Shown here: in pieces, positions 39,064-56,001 of the stretch
Numbering within the stretch: the first letter of the stretch is position 1
Layout: each line of letters begins with the position of its first letter
Source of the DNA: the human T2T-CHM13v2.0 reference genome, Homo sapiens
Strand: one strand, 5' to 3'
Assembly (NCBI RefSeq): GCF_009914755.1
Contig: NC_060943.1
Length of the DNA stretch: 64,000 nt
The notes under the pieces: generated by a model
What the model was told of the DNA's origin: nothing
Database searches by the model: none
The model's input: only the letters and a program-made list of their open reading frames with translations
Made by a program: the position numbers and the translations under genes

Positions 39064-39764
39064 TGACCAGGCTGGTCTTGAACACCTGGCCTCAAATGAT
39101 CCACTCGCCTTGGTCTCCCAAAGTGGTAGGATGACAGGCGTGAGCCACCGCGCCCAGCCTCTTCTATTCTTTTAGAGACAGCGTCTCACTCTGTTGCCCA
39201 GGCTGGAGTGCATTGATGTGATGTGTGATCATAGCTCATTGCAGCCCTGACCATCCGAGCTCAAGCAATCCTTCTGCCTCAGCCTCCTGAGTAGCTGGGG
39301 CCGCAGACGTGCACCACTGCACCTGGCTAATTTTTAACATTTTTTGTGGAGCCAGAGTCTGTATAAAATAAAGTGTAAATAGTACCATAAATAAAGAATA
39401 CATAGTACCATTTTATAGTAGTATAAAACGGACATTAGAAACTCTGGACTTAAAGTTTGAAAAAATACACAAAAGTAGTTCTCAAGTTCTAGATACTTGG
39501 AGAATCCAGGAATCAACAATGTCGTGGAACTCCTACAGCCTTTCATAAAGAATGGCCCTCGAGGAAAGTGGAATTGTCAGTGGGCATTGTGTTCGTGCCT
39601 CAGCTAAACACGGCAGGAATTTATTTATAACCTAGTGTAACATCCTCGAGGCACTGTTCAATTAGTCAAGCAATTGTAAAATTCTCCCAGTCTTAGAAAA
39701 GATACAGGTGTGTGTCCCTCTGCTGTGGCTGTGCACTGACGCTTCAGTAAAAGTTGCCGTCTAA

Positions 39765-39926
<162 letters not shown>

Positions 39927-41030
39927 TGAACAGCTGGGATTACAGGCACCCGTCCCCATGCCCGGGTAATTTTTGTATATTTAGTAGAGATGGGGTTTCA
40001 CCATGTTGGCCAGGCTGGTCTCGAACTCCTTACCTCAAGTGATCCATCCGCCTCAGCCTCCCAAAGTGCTGGGATTACAGGCGTGAGCCAGTGCGCCCGG
40101 CTTCTTGAATTAGTTTCTAGGAGAAGCCAAGAACCCCCCCGGGCTAAGCCTCAATTTTGGGGCTCGCCTGTGCTGCATCAGCTTCACACCTAGAGAAGAG
40201 AGTGAAAGAGAAGGGAGAGCCGTCCTTTTGGGCTGCCTTGAAATAAAGGTTGACCCATGGGTTCATGTATTGTCATTCATTCTCATTTTCTCTTCCTCTC
40301 TTTCTCTCTCTCCCCTGCCCCTTAAGTTAGCTTTTCTACACCCTACCTGGATAAGGATAAGAAATAGAAGGAGGGGACACTTTAGGATGCTACAAAATAA
40401 AATACAACAACAACAACAATAACAGCAGCAGCAACAACAACAACAGCAACAAAAGGGGAAGAAACAAATCTGGCCACTGCACATTCCTCCTTGGCAACAA
40501 AAAGCCGTGGATGCAAAAAGCTGCCCTTCACTGCATAGACAGAACAGGGCGCGCTCGAGGTATGAATCTCGGAAATTACTCAAGCCATCAGCCTCTGCAA
40601 GAAGCAAAGTGGACGGCCGGGCGCGGCGGCTCACTCCTGGAATCCCAGCACTTTGGGAGCCCGAGGTGGGCGGATCACGAGGTCAGGAGATCGAGACTGT
40701 TCTGGCTAAACCAGTGAAACCCCCTCTCTACTAAAAAAATAACAAAAGCGAAGTGCATCTCCCATAAACGAGGTACTGCAGGAAGAAAGCAGAAAATGAG
40801 ACCCGAGTACACACATGCACGCGGGCGTGCGCACACACACACCAGAAGAAATGAACCAAGAGGAAAGGAAATATTTTCAAGTAAGCATTTGGAGATGGGA
40901 AAAACACCTTGAAACAGAAATTCATAAAGTACACACATGTTTTTTTTTTTAAGTTAAAAGAGGAACAATAATAAACAGGCAGAAAATGAATAAAAAATAA
41001 AATGTCATATCAGAAGTGAAGATAAATTAA

Positions 41031-41243
<213 letters not shown>

Positions 41244-42783
41244 TAGAGTCATCATGGAAATTAAACAACCTGCTTCCAAATGACTTTTGGGTAAAGACTG
41301 AAATTAAGGCAGAAATAAAAAAATTATTTGAAACTAATGAAAACAAACATACAACATCCCAGAATCTCTGGGACACAGCTACAACAGTGCTCAGAGGAAG
41401 TTTCTAGTGCTATATGGCTACATTAAGAAGCTAGAAAGATCTCAAATGAACCGCCTAACATCACACCTAGAGGAATTAGAAAAACAAGAGCAAATCAACC
41501 CCAAAGCTAGCAGAAGAAAAAAAAAAAACGAAATCAGAGCTGAGCTGAATGAAATTGAGATGTAAAATACCATACAAAAGATCAATGAAACCCAAAGTTG
41601 ATTTTTTAAAAAAATTATTTATTTATTATTTATTCCATAAATTATTGGGGTACAGGTGGTATGTGGTTACATAAGCTCTTTAGTGGTGATTTGTGATTTT
41701 GGTGCACCCATCACCTGAGCAGTATACACTACCCCCTATTTGTTGTCTTTTATCCCTCGCCCTCGCCAACTCGTCCCCCTAAGTCCCCAAAGTCCATTGT
41801 ATCATTCTTATGCCTTTGTGTCCTCATAGCTTAGGTCCCACATATCAGTGAGAACATACGATGTTTGGTTTTCCATTCCTGAGTTACTTCACTTAGAATA
41901 ATACTCTCCGGTCTCATCCAGGTCACTGCAAATGCTGTTAATTCATACAAAGTTGATATTTTTGGAAGCATAAATAACATGGAAAGACCACTAGCTAGAT
42001 TAATAAAGAAAAAAAGACAAGATCCAAATAAACACAATCAGAAATGACAGAGGTGACATTACCACTGACCCACAGACATACAAGAAACCCTGAGACTATT
42101 CCACATGCCTCTATGCACAAAAACTAGAAAACTAGAAGAAATAGATAAATTCCTGGAAACATAAAACCTCTCAAGATTGAACCAGGAAGAAATGGAAACC
42201 CTGAACAAACCAACGATGAGTTCCAAAATTGAGTTAGTCATACAAGACCTACCAACCAGCGCAAAAACCTTAGACTAGACGGATTCACAGTCGAATTCTA
42301 CCAGATGTGTAAAGAAAAGCCGGCACCAATCCTACTGAAATTATTCCACACAATTGAGGAGGAGCAACTGCTCTCTAACTCATTCTATGAGGTCAGAGTC
42401 ATTCTGATACCGAAACCTGGCAGAGACACAACGAAAAAAGGAAAATAGGTAAAGTAATACATATGTTAATGATCTTGATTTAGCCATTCTACGGTATATA
42501 CATATTTCAAAACAATATGTACATGATAAATATGTACAATTTGTCAATTAAAAATATATAAAAGGAAGAGGAAAAAATTCAAATGGCGTAGAATTTGAAA
42601 GGAGAAGATACAGAACAAACTCCAGTGTCTTATTATTCAACTATATATACACACGTTCAATGGACCGGGAGCAGTGGCTCAAGCCTGTAATCACAGCACT
42701 TTGGGAGGTCAAGGCGGGCAGATCACCTGAGGTCGGGAGTTCGAGACCAGCCTGACCAACAGAGAGAAACCCCAGCTCTACTA

Positions 42784-42936
<153 letters not shown>

Positions 42937-44039
42937 TCAGTCTCAAAAAAAAAAAAAAAAAAAAGAAAAAGGATTTAATGAATGAATGATGAGACCGTTG
43001 GTGACATCTCCCACCTTCTCCCTCTCACTCCACTGCAGCCACACGGGGCTCCTCACTGTTCCCGTAGCAGCAGGCATGTGCCCCCACAGGGCCTCTGTAC
43101 TGGCTGTTCCCACTGCCCGAACACCCTCATGCACCATCTGCACTGTCCAATACGGCCGCCTCTGGCCACACATGGCTACTGAGCAGTTGAACATGGCTGG
43201 TCCAAACCAAGATTTCCAAGACGTCGTGTGGTAAAAAAAACAACATAAAATTTTGCAAAAATGTTTCTATTGATTATGTTAAAATTATGATGTTTTAGGT
43301 ATATTAGGTTAAATCAGCTATTTTATCAAAATGAATCTCGCCTGTTTGTTTTTGCTTTTTTTTTTTTTTTTTGAGATGGAGTCTCGCTCTGTCGCCCAGG
43401 CTAGAGTACAATGGCGTGGTCTCAGCTCACTGCATCACTGCAACCTCTACCTCCCAGGTTCAAGCGATTCTCCTACCTCACCCTCCCAAGTGGCTGGGAT
43501 TACAGGCGTGTGCCACCACACCCAGCTAATTTTTGTATTTTTGTAGAGACAGGGTTTCACCATGTTGGCCAGGCTGGTCTCGAACTGCTGACCTCGTGAT
43601 CTACCTGCCTCGGCCTCCCAAAGTCCTGGGATTACAGGTGTGGGCCACTGCGCCGGCCATGTTTCTCGACTTCTGCTGGCAAGCATGTTCCAGTATTTGC
43701 ATGGCTCCTAGCCCTCATCTCCATTTCTCTGCACAGATGTTATCTTCCCCATGAGGTCTGCCTTATACATGAGGCCTGTATTATAAAGTGCAACTGCCAA
43801 TTCGCCAACCCCGTTGTTTCTTCTCTCCAGAACACTAGGCACCATCTGATCTCCTATGCCTTTTCCTTATTGTCAGATACTGAACTCTCAGATACAGTTC
43901 CCCTTCCTCCCTCCAGGGGGCGCCATGGAACGCAGGGCCCTCACTGGCCCTGGGGACTGGGTGACGTCAGGGGTGAGCCTCTGGTGATTGGCTCCCTCAC
44001 CCTGCGTAAGATCAAAGGGACTAAAGGACAGCCCCGACA

Positions 44040-44159
44040 CCCGGAGCCATTGTGGCTCCGGCCGGTTGCGCGGGCCCTCGGACCCTCGGAGAGGCGAGGG
44101 TTCGAGGGCACGAGTTCGAGGCCAACCTGGTCCACATGGGTTGAAAAAAAAATTTTTTT
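44040..44159 (+). ncRNA. SNAR-C: snaR-C type RNA gene, copy 5
   Basis: Body identical to copy 2. Confidence 0.9.
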
Positions 44160-44228
44160 ATCGTTCCCAATATAACAACAAAACATAAAGGGAGGACGCC
44201 TTGATAGGAAGAAATGACATCTTCCTAA

Positions 44229-44432
<204 letters not shown>

Positions 44433-45153
44433 TGACCAGGCTGGTCTTGAACACCTGGCCTCAAATGATCCACTCGCCTTGGTCTCCCAAAGTGGTAGGA
44501 TGACAGGCGTGAGCCACCGCGCCCAGCCTCTTCTATTCTTTTAGAGACAGCGTCTCACTCTGTTGCCCAGGCTGGAGTGCATTGATGTGATGTGTGATCA
44601 TAGCTCATTGCAGCCCTGACCATCCGAGCTCAAGCAATCCTTCTGCCTCAGCCTCCTGAGTAGCTGGGGCCGCAGATGTGCACCACTGCACCTGGCTAAT
44701 TTTTAACATTTTTTGTGGAGCCAGAGTCTGTATAAAATAAAGTGTAAATAGTACCATAAATAAAGAATACATAGTACCATTTTATAGTAGTATAAAACGG
44801 ACATTAGAAACTCTGGACTTAAAGTTTAAAAAAATACACAAAAGTAGTTCTCAAGTTCTAGAGACTTGGAGAATCCAGGAATCAACAATGTCGTGGAACT
44901 CCTACAGCCTTTCATAAAGAATGGCCCTCGAGGAAAGTGGAATTGTCAGTGGGCATTGTGTTCGTGCCTCAGCTAAACACGGCAGGAATTTATTTATAAC
45001 CTAGTGTAACATCCTCGAGGCACTGTTCAATTAGTCAAGCAATTGTAAAATTCTCCCAGTCTTAGAAAAGATACAGGTGTGTGTCCCTCTGCTGTGGCTG
45101 TGCACTGACGCTTCAGTAAAAGTTGCCGTCTAAAACCACCGGCCTGCCCTTGA

Positions 45154-45300
<147 letters not shown>

Positions 45301-46393
45301 TGAACAGCTGGGATTACAGGCACCCGTCCCCATGCCCGGGTAATTTTTGTATATTTAGTAGAGATGGGGTTTCACCATGTTGGCCAGGCTGGTCTCGAAC
45401 TCCTTACCTCAAGTGATCCATCCGCCTCAGCCTCCCAAAGTGCTGGGATTACAGGCGTGAGCCAGTGCGCCCGGCTTCTTGAATTAGTTTCTAGGAGAAG
45501 CCAAGAACCCCCCCGGGCTAAGCCTCAATTTTGGGGCTCGCCTGTGCTGCATCAGCTTCACACCTAGAGAAGAGAGTGAAAGAGAAGGGAGAGCCGTCCT
45601 TTTGGGCTGCCTTGAAATAAAGGTTGACCCATGGGTTCATGTATTGTCATTCATTCTCATTTTCTCTTCCTCTCTTTCTCTCTCTCCCCTGCCCCTTAAG
45701 TTAGCTTTTCTAAACCCTACCTGGATAAGGATAAGAAATAGAAGGAGGGGACACTTTAGGATGCTACAAAATAAAATACAACAACAACAACAATAACAGC
45801 AGCAGCAACAACAACAACAGCAACAAAAGGGGAAGAAACAAATCTGGCCACTGCACATTCCTCCTTGCCAACAAAAAGCCGCGGATGCAAAAAGCTGCCC
45901 TTCACTGCATAGACAGAAGAGGGCGCGCTCGAGCTATGAATCTCGGAAATTACTCAAACCATCAGCCTCTGCAAGAAGCAAAGTGGACGGCCGGGCGCGG
46001 TGGCTCACTCCTGGAATCCCAGCACTTTGGGAGCCCGAGGTGGGCGGATCACGAGGTCAGGAGATCGAGACTGTTCTGGCTAAACCAGTGAAACCCCCTC
46101 TCTACTAAAAAAATAACAAAAGCGAAGTGCATCTCCCATAAACGGGGTACTGCAGGAAGAAAGCAGAAAATGAGACCCGAGTACACACATGCACGCGGGC
46201 GCGCACACACACACCAGAAGAAATGAACCAAGAGGAAAGGAAACATTTTCAAATAAGCATTTGGAGATGGGAAAAACACCTTGAAACAGAAATTCATAAA
46301 GCACAGAATTTTTTTTTAAGTTAAAAAAGGAACAATAATAGACAGAAAATGAACGAAAAATTAAATGTCATATCAGAAGTGAAGATAAATTAA

Positions 46394-46609
<216 letters not shown>

Positions 46610-48011
46610 TAGAGTCATCATGGAAATTAAACAACCTGCTTCCAAATGACTTTTGGGTAAAGACTGAATTTAAGGCAGAAATAAAAAAATTATTTGAAAC
46701 TAATGAAAACAAACATACAACATCCCAGAATCTCTGGGACACAGCTAGAACAGTGCTCAAAGGAAGTTTCTAGTGCTATATGGCTACACTAAGAAGCTAG
46801 AAAGATATCAAATGAACCGCCTAACATCACACCTAGAGGAATTAGAAAAACAAGAGCAAATCAACCCGAAAGCTAGCAGAAAAAAAAAAAAAACCAACAT
46901 CGGAGCTGACCTGAATGAAATGGAGACGTAAAAAACCATACAAAAGATCAATGAAACCCAAAGTTGATTTTTTAAAAAAATTATTTATTTATTATTTATT
47001 CCATAAATTATTGGGGTACAGGTGGTGTGTGGTTACATAAGCTCTTTAGTGGTGATTTGTGATTTTGGTGCACCCATCACCTGAGCAGTATACACTACAC
47101 CCTACTTGTTGTATTTTATCCCTCGCCCCCGCCAACTCGTCCCCCTAAGTCCCCACAGTCCATTGTATCATTCTTACGCCTTTGCGTCCTCATAGCTTAG
47201 CTCCCACATATCAGTGAGAACATACGATGTTTGGTTTTCCATTCCTGAGTTACTTCACTTAGAATAACAGTCTCCGGTCTCATCCAGGTCACGGCAAATG
47301 CTGTTAATTCATACAAAGTTGATATTTTTGAAAGCATAAATAACATGGGAAGACCACTAGCTAGATTAATAAAGAAAAAAAGACAAGATCCAAATAAACA
47401 CAATCAGAAATGACAAAGGTGACATTACCACTGACCCACAGATATACAAGAAACCCTGAGACTATTCCACATGCCTCTATGCACACAAACTAGAAAACTA
47501 GAAGAAATAGAGAAATTCCTGGAAACATAAAACCTCTCAAGATTGAACCAGGAAGAAATGGAAACCCTGAACAAACCAACGATGAGTTCCAAAATTGAGT
47601 TAGTCATACAAAACCTACCAACCAGCACAAAAAACCTTAGACTAGACGGATTCACAGTCGAATCCTACCAGATGTGTAAAGAAAAGGCGGCACCAATCCT
47701 ACTGAAATTATTCCACACAATTGAGGAGGAGCAACTGCTCTCTAACTCATTCTATGAGGTCAGAGTCATTCTGATACCGAAACCTGGCAGAGACACAACG
47801 AAAAAAGGAAAATAGGTAAAGTAATACATATGTTAATGATCTTGATTTAGCCATTCTACGGTATATACATATTTCAAAACAATATGTACATGATAAATAT
47901 GTACAATTTGTCAATTAAAAATATATAAAAGGAATAGGAAAAAATTCAAATGGCACAGAATTTGAAAGGAGAAGATACAGAACAAACTCCGGTGTCTTCT
48001 TTATTCAACTA

Positions 48012-48332
<321 letters not shown>

Positions 48333-49402
48333 TTAATGAATGAATGATGAGACTGTTGGTTACATCTCCCACCTTCTCCCTCTCACTCCACTGCAGCCAC
48401 ACGGGGCTCCTCACTGTTCCCGTAGCAGCAGGCATGTGCCCCCACTGGGCCTCTGTACTGGCTGTTCCCACTGCCCGAACACCCTCATGCACCATCTGCA
48501 CTGTCCAATACGGCCGCCTCTGGCCACACATGGCTACTGAGCAGTTGAACATGGCTGGTCCAAACCAACATTTCCAAGACGTCGTATGGTAAAAAATAAC
48601 ATAAAATCTTGCAAAAATGTTTCTATTGATTATGTTAAAATTATGATGTTTTAGGTATATTAGGTTAAATCAGCTATTTTATCCAAATGAATCTCGCCTG
48701 TTTGTTTTTGCTTTTTTTTTTTTTTTTTTTTTTTGAGATGGAGGCTCGCTCTGTCGCCCAGGCTAGAGTACAATGGCGTGGTCTCGGCTCACTGCATCAC
48801 TGCAACCTCTACCTCCCAGGTTCAAGCGATTCTCCTACCTCACCCTCCCAAGTGGCTGGGATTACAGGCGTGTGCCACCACACCCAGCTAATTTTTGTAT
48901 TTTTAGTAGAGACAGGGTTTCACCATGTTGGCCAGGCTGGTCTCGAACTGCTGACCTCGTGATCTACCTGCCTCGGCCTCCCAAAGTCCTGGGATTACAG
49001 GTGTGGGCCACTGCGCCGGCCATGTTTCTCGACTTCTGCTGGCAAGCATGTTCCAGTATTTGCATGGCTCCTAGCCCTCATCTCCATTTCTCTGCACAGA
49101 TGTTACCTTCCCCATGAGGTCTGCCTTATACATGAGGCCTGTATTATAAACTGCAACTCCGCATTCCCCAACCCCGTTGTTTCTTCTCTCCAGAACACTA
49201 GGCACCATCTGATCTCCTATGCCTTTTCCTTATTGTCAGATACTGAACTCTCAGATACAGTTCCCCTTCCTCCCTCCAGGGGGCGCCATGGAACGCAGGG
49301 CCCTCACTGGCCCTGGGGACTGGGTGACGACAGGGGGGAGCCTCTGGTGATTGGCTCCCTCACCCTGCGTAAGATCAAAGGGACTAAAGGACAGCCCCGA
49401 CA

Positions 49403-49525
49403 CCCGGAGCCATTGTGGCTCAGGCCGGTTGCGCCTGCCCTCGGGCCCTCACGGAGGCGGGGGTTCCAGGGCACGAGTTCGAGGCCAGCCTGGTCCACAT
49501 GGGTCGGAAAAAAGGACTTTTTTTT
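49403..49525 (+). ncRNA. SNAR-A: snaR-A type RNA gene, copy 6
   Basis: Body identical to copies 1 and 3. Confidence 0.95.
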
Positions 49526-49604
49526 ATCGTTCCCAATATAACGACAAAACATAAAGGGAGGACGCCTTGATAGGAAGAAATGACATCTTCCTAAGTGTTT
49601 TTAA

Positions 49605-49796
<192 letters not shown>

Positions 49797-50516
49797 TGAC
49801 CAGGCTGGTCTTGAACACCTGGCCTCAAATGATCCACTCGCCTTGGTCTCCGAAAGTGGTAGGATGACAGGCGTGAGCCACCGCGCCCAGCCTCTTCTAT
49901 TCTTTTAGAGACAGGGTCTCACTGTGTTGCCCAGGCTGGAGTGCATTGATGTGATGTGTGATCATAGCTCATTGCAGCCCTGACCATCCGAGCTCAAGCA
50001 ATCCTTCTGCCTCAGCCTCCTGAGTAGCTGGGGCCGCAGATGTGCACCACTGCACCTGGCTAATTTTTAACATTTTTGTGGAGCCAGAGTCTGTATAAAA
50101 TAAAGTGTAAATAGTACCATAAATAAAGAATACATAGTACCATTTTATAGTAGTATAAAACGGACATTAGAAACTCTGAACTTAAAGGTTAAAAAAATAC
50201 ACAAAAGTAGTTCTCAAGTTCTAGAGACTTGGAGAATCCAGGAATCAACAATGTCGTGGAACTCCTACAGCCTTTCATAAAGAATGGCCCTCGAGGAAAG
50301 TGGAATTGTCAGTGGGCATTGTGTTCGTGCCTCAGCTAAACACGGCAGGAATTTATTTATAACCTAGTGTAACATCCTCGAGGCACTGTTCAATTAGTCA
50401 AGCAATTGTAAAATTCTCCCAGTCTTAGAAAAGATACAGGTGTGTGTCCCTCTGCTGTGGCTGTGCACTGAGGCTTCGGTAAAGGTTGCCGTCTAAAACC
50501 ACCGGCGTGCCCTTGA

Positions 50517-50648
<132 letters not shown>

Positions 50649-51739
50649 TGAACAGCTGGGATTACAGGCACCCGTCCCCATGCCCGGGTAATTTTTGTAT
50701 ATTTAGTAGAGATGGGGTTTTCAGCATGTTGGCCAGGCTGGTCTCGAACTCCTTACCTCAAGTGATCCATCCGCCTCAGCCTCCCAAAGTGCTGGGATTA
50801 CAGGCGTGAGCCACTGCGCCCGGCTTCTTGAATTAGTTTCTAGGAGAAGCCAAGAACCCCCCCGGGCTAAGCCTCAATTTTGGGGCTCGCCTGTGCTGCA
50901 TCAGCTTCACACCTAGAGAAGAGAGTGAAAGAGAAGGGAGAGCCGTCCTTTTGGGCTGCCTTGAAATAAAGGTTGACCCATGGGTTCATGTATTGTCATT
51001 CATTCTCATTTTCTCTTCCTCTCTTTCTCTCTCTCCCCTGCCCCTTAAGTTAGCTTTTCTAAACCCTACCTGGATAAGGATAAGAAATAGAAGGAGGGGA
51101 CACTTTAGGATGCTACAAAATAAAATACAACAACAACAACAATAAAAGCAGCAGCAACAACAACAACAGCAACAAAAGGGGAAGAAACAAATCTGGCCAC
51201 TGCACATTCCTCCTTGGCAACAAAAAGCCGCGGATGCAAAAAGCTGCCCTTCACTGCATGGACAGAAGAGGGCGCGCTCGAGCTATGAATCTCGGAAATT
51301 ACTCAAACCATCAGCCTCTGCAAGAAGCAAAGTGGACGGCCGGGCGCGGTGGCTCACTCCTGGAATCCCAGCACTTTGGGAGCCCGAGGTGGGCGGATCA
51401 CGAGGTCAGGAGATCGAGACTGTTCTGGCTAAACCAGTGAAACCCCCTCTCTACTAAAAAAATAACAAAAGCGAAGTGCATCTCCCATAAACGAGGTACT
51501 GCAGGAAGAAAGCAGAAAATGAGACCCGAGTACACACATGCACGCGGGCGCGCGCACACACACACCAGAAGAAATGAACCAAGAGGAAAGGAAACATTTT
51601 CAAATAAGCATTTGGAGATGGGAAAAACACCTTGAAACAGAAATTCATAAAGCACAGAATTTTTTTTTAAGGTAAAAAAGGAACAATAATAGACAGAAAA
51701 TGAATGAAAAATTAAATGTCATATCAGAAGTGAAGATAA

Positions 51740-51958
<219 letters not shown>

Positions 51959-53360
51959 TAGAGTCATCATGGAAATTAAACAACCTGCTTCCAAATGACT
52001 TTTGGGTAAAGACTGAATTTAAGGCAGAAATAAAAAAATTATTTGAAACTAATGAAAACAAACATACAACATCCCAGAATCTCTGGGACACAGCTAGAAC
52101 AGTGCTCAAAGGAAGTTTCTAGTGCTATATGGCTACACTAAGAAGCTAGAAAGATATCAAATGAACCGCCTAACATCACACCTAGAGGAATTAGAAAAAC
52201 AAGAGCAAATCAACCCCAAAGCTAGCAGAAGAAAAAAAAAAACCAACATCGGAGCTGACCTGAATGAAATGGAGACGTAAAAAACCATACAAAAGATCAA
52301 TGAAACCCAAAGTTGATTTTTTAAAAAAATTATTTATTTATTATTTATTCCATAAATTATTGGGGTACAGGTGGTGTGTGGTTACATAAGCTCTTTAGTG
52401 GTGATTTGTGATTTTGGTGCACCCATCACCTGAGCAGTATACACTACACCCTACTTGTTGTATTTTATCCCTCGCCCCCGCCAACTCGTCCCCCTAAGTC
52501 CCCAAAGTCCATTGTATCATTCTTACGCCTTTGCGTCCTCATAGCTTAGCTCCCACATATCAGTGAGAACATACGATGTTTGGTTTTCCATTCCTGAGTT
52601 ACTTCACTTAGAATAACAGTCTCCGGTCTCATCCAGGTCACGGCAAATGCTGTTAATTCATACAAAGTTGATATTTTTGAAAGCATAAATAACATGGGAA
52701 GACCAGTAGCTAGATTAATAAAGAAAAAAAGACAAGATCCAAATAAACACAATCAGAAATGACAAAGGTGACATTACCACTGACCCACAGATATACAAGA
52801 AACCCTGAGACTATTCCACATGCCTCTATGCACACAAACTAGAAAACTAGAAGAAATAGAGAAATTCCTGGAAACATAAAACCTCTCAAGATTGAACCAG
52901 GAAGAAATGGAAACCCTGAACAAACCAACGATGAGTTCCAAAATTGAGTTAGTCATACAAAACCTACCAACCAGCACAAAAAACCTTAGACTAGACGGAT
53001 TCACAGTCGAATCCTACCAGATGTGTAAAGAAAAGGCGGCACCAATCCTACTGAAATTATTCCACACAATTGAGGAGGAGCAACTGCTCTCTAACTCATT
53101 CTATGAGGTCAGAGTCATTCTGATACCGAAACCTGGCAGAGACACAACGAAAAAAGGAAAATAGGTAAAGTAATACATATGTTAATGATCTTGATTTAGC
53201 CATTCTACGGTATATACATATTTCAAAACAATATGTACATGATAAATATGTACAATTTGTCAATTAAAAATATATAAAAGGAATAGGAAAAAATTCAAAT
53301 GGCACAGAATTTGAAAGGAGAAGATACAGAACAAACTCCGGTGTCTTCTTTATTCAACTA

Positions 53361-53681
<321 letters not shown>

Positions 53682-54753
53682 TTAATGAATGAATGATGAG
53701 ACTGTTGGTTACATCTCCCACCTTCTCCCTCTCACTCCACTGCAGCCACACGGGGCTCCTCACTGTTCCCGTAGCAGCAGGCATGTGCCCCCACTGGGCC
53801 TCTGTACTGGCTGTTCCCACTGCCCGAACACCCTCATGCACCATCTGCACTGTCCAATACGGCCGCCTCTGGCCACACATGGCTACTGAGCAGTTGAACA
53901 TGGCTGGTCCAAACCAACATTTCCAAGACGTCGTATGGTAAAAAATAACATAAAATCTTGCAAAAATGTTTCTATTGATTATGTTAAAATTATGATGTTT
54001 TAGGTATATTAGGTTAAATCAGCTATTTTATCCAAATGAATCTCGCCTGTTTGTTTTTGCTTTTTTTTTTTTTTTTTTTTTTTTTGAGATGGAGGCTCGC
54101 TCTGTCGCCCAGGCTAGAGTACAATGGCGTGGTCTCGGCTCACTGCATCACTGCAACCTCTACCTCCCAGGTTCAAGCGATTCTCCTACCTCACCCTCCC
54201 AAGTGGCTGGGATTACAGGCATGTGCCACCACACCCAGCTAATTTTTGTATTTTTAGTAGAGACAGGGTTTCACCATGTTGGCCAGGCTGGTCTCGAACT
54301 GCTGACCTCGTGATCTACCTGCCTCGGCCTCCCAAAGTCCTGGGATTACAGGTGTGGGCCACTGCGCCGGCCATGTTTCTCGACTTCTGCTGGCAAGCAT
54401 GTTCCAGTATTTGCATGGCTCCTAGCCCTCATCTCCATTTCTCTGCACAGATGTTACCTTCCCCATGAGGTCTGCCTTATACATGAGGCCTGTATTATAA
54501 ACTGCAACTCCGCATTCCCCAACCCCGTTGTTTCTTCTCTCCAGAACACTAGGCACCATCTGATCTCCTATGCCTTTTCCTTATTGTCAGATACTGAACT
54601 CTCAGATACAGTTCCCCTTCCTCCCTCCAGGGGGCGCCATGGAACGCAGGGCCCTCACTGGCCCTGGGGACTGGGTGACGACAGGGGGGAGCCTCTGGTG
54701 ATTGGCTCCCTCACCCTGCGTAAGATCAAAGGGACTAAAGGACAGCCCCGACA

Positions 54754-54876
54754 CCCGGAGCCATTGTGGCTCAGGCCGGTTGCGCCTGCCCTCGGGCCCT
54801 CACGGAGGCGGGGTTTCCAGGGCACGAGTTCGAGGCCAGCCTGGTCCACATGGGTCGGAAAAAAGGACTTTTTTTT
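54754..54876 (+). ncRNA. SNAR-A: snaR-A type RNA gene, copy 7 (G>T variant at 54814)
   Basis: Body identical to copy 4. Confidence 0.95.
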
Positions 54877-54905
54877 ATCGTTCCCAATATAACGACAAAA
54901 CATAA

Positions 54906-55148
<243 letters not shown>

Positions 55149-55848
55149 TGACCAGGCTGGTCTTGAACACCTGGCCTCAAATGATCCACTCGCCTTGGTC
55201 TCCCAAAGTGGTAGGATGACAGGCGTGAGCCACCGCGCCCAGCCTCTTCTATTCTTTTAGAGACAGGGTCTCACTGTGTTGCCCAGGCTGGAGTGCATTG
55301 ATGTGATGTGTGATCATAGCTCATTGCAGCCCTGACCATCCGAGCTCAAGCAATCCTTCTGCCTCAGCCTCCTGAGTAGCTGGGGCCGCAGATGTGCACC
55401 ACTGCACCTGGCTAATTTTTAACATTTTTGTGGAGCCAGAGTCTGTATAAAATAAAGTGTAAATAGTACCATAAATAAAGAATACATAGTACCATTTTAT
55501 AGTAGTATAAAACGGACATTAGAAACTCTGAACTTAAAGGTTAAAAAAATACACAAAAGTAGTTCTCAAGTTCTAGAGACTTGGAGAATCCAGGAACCAA
55601 CAATGTCGTGGAACTCCTACAGCCTTTCATAAAGAATGGCCCTCGAGGAAAGTGGAATTGTCAGTGGGCATTGTGTTCGTGCCTCAGCTAAACACGGCAG
55701 GAATTTATTTATAACCTAGTGTAACATCCTCGAGGCACTGTTCAATTAGTCAAGCAATTGTAAAATTCTCCCAGTCTTAGAAAAGATACAGGTGTGTGTC
55801 CCTCTGCTGTGGCTGTGCACTGAGGCTTCGGTAAAGGTTGCCGTCTAA

Positions 55849-56001
<153 letters not shown>

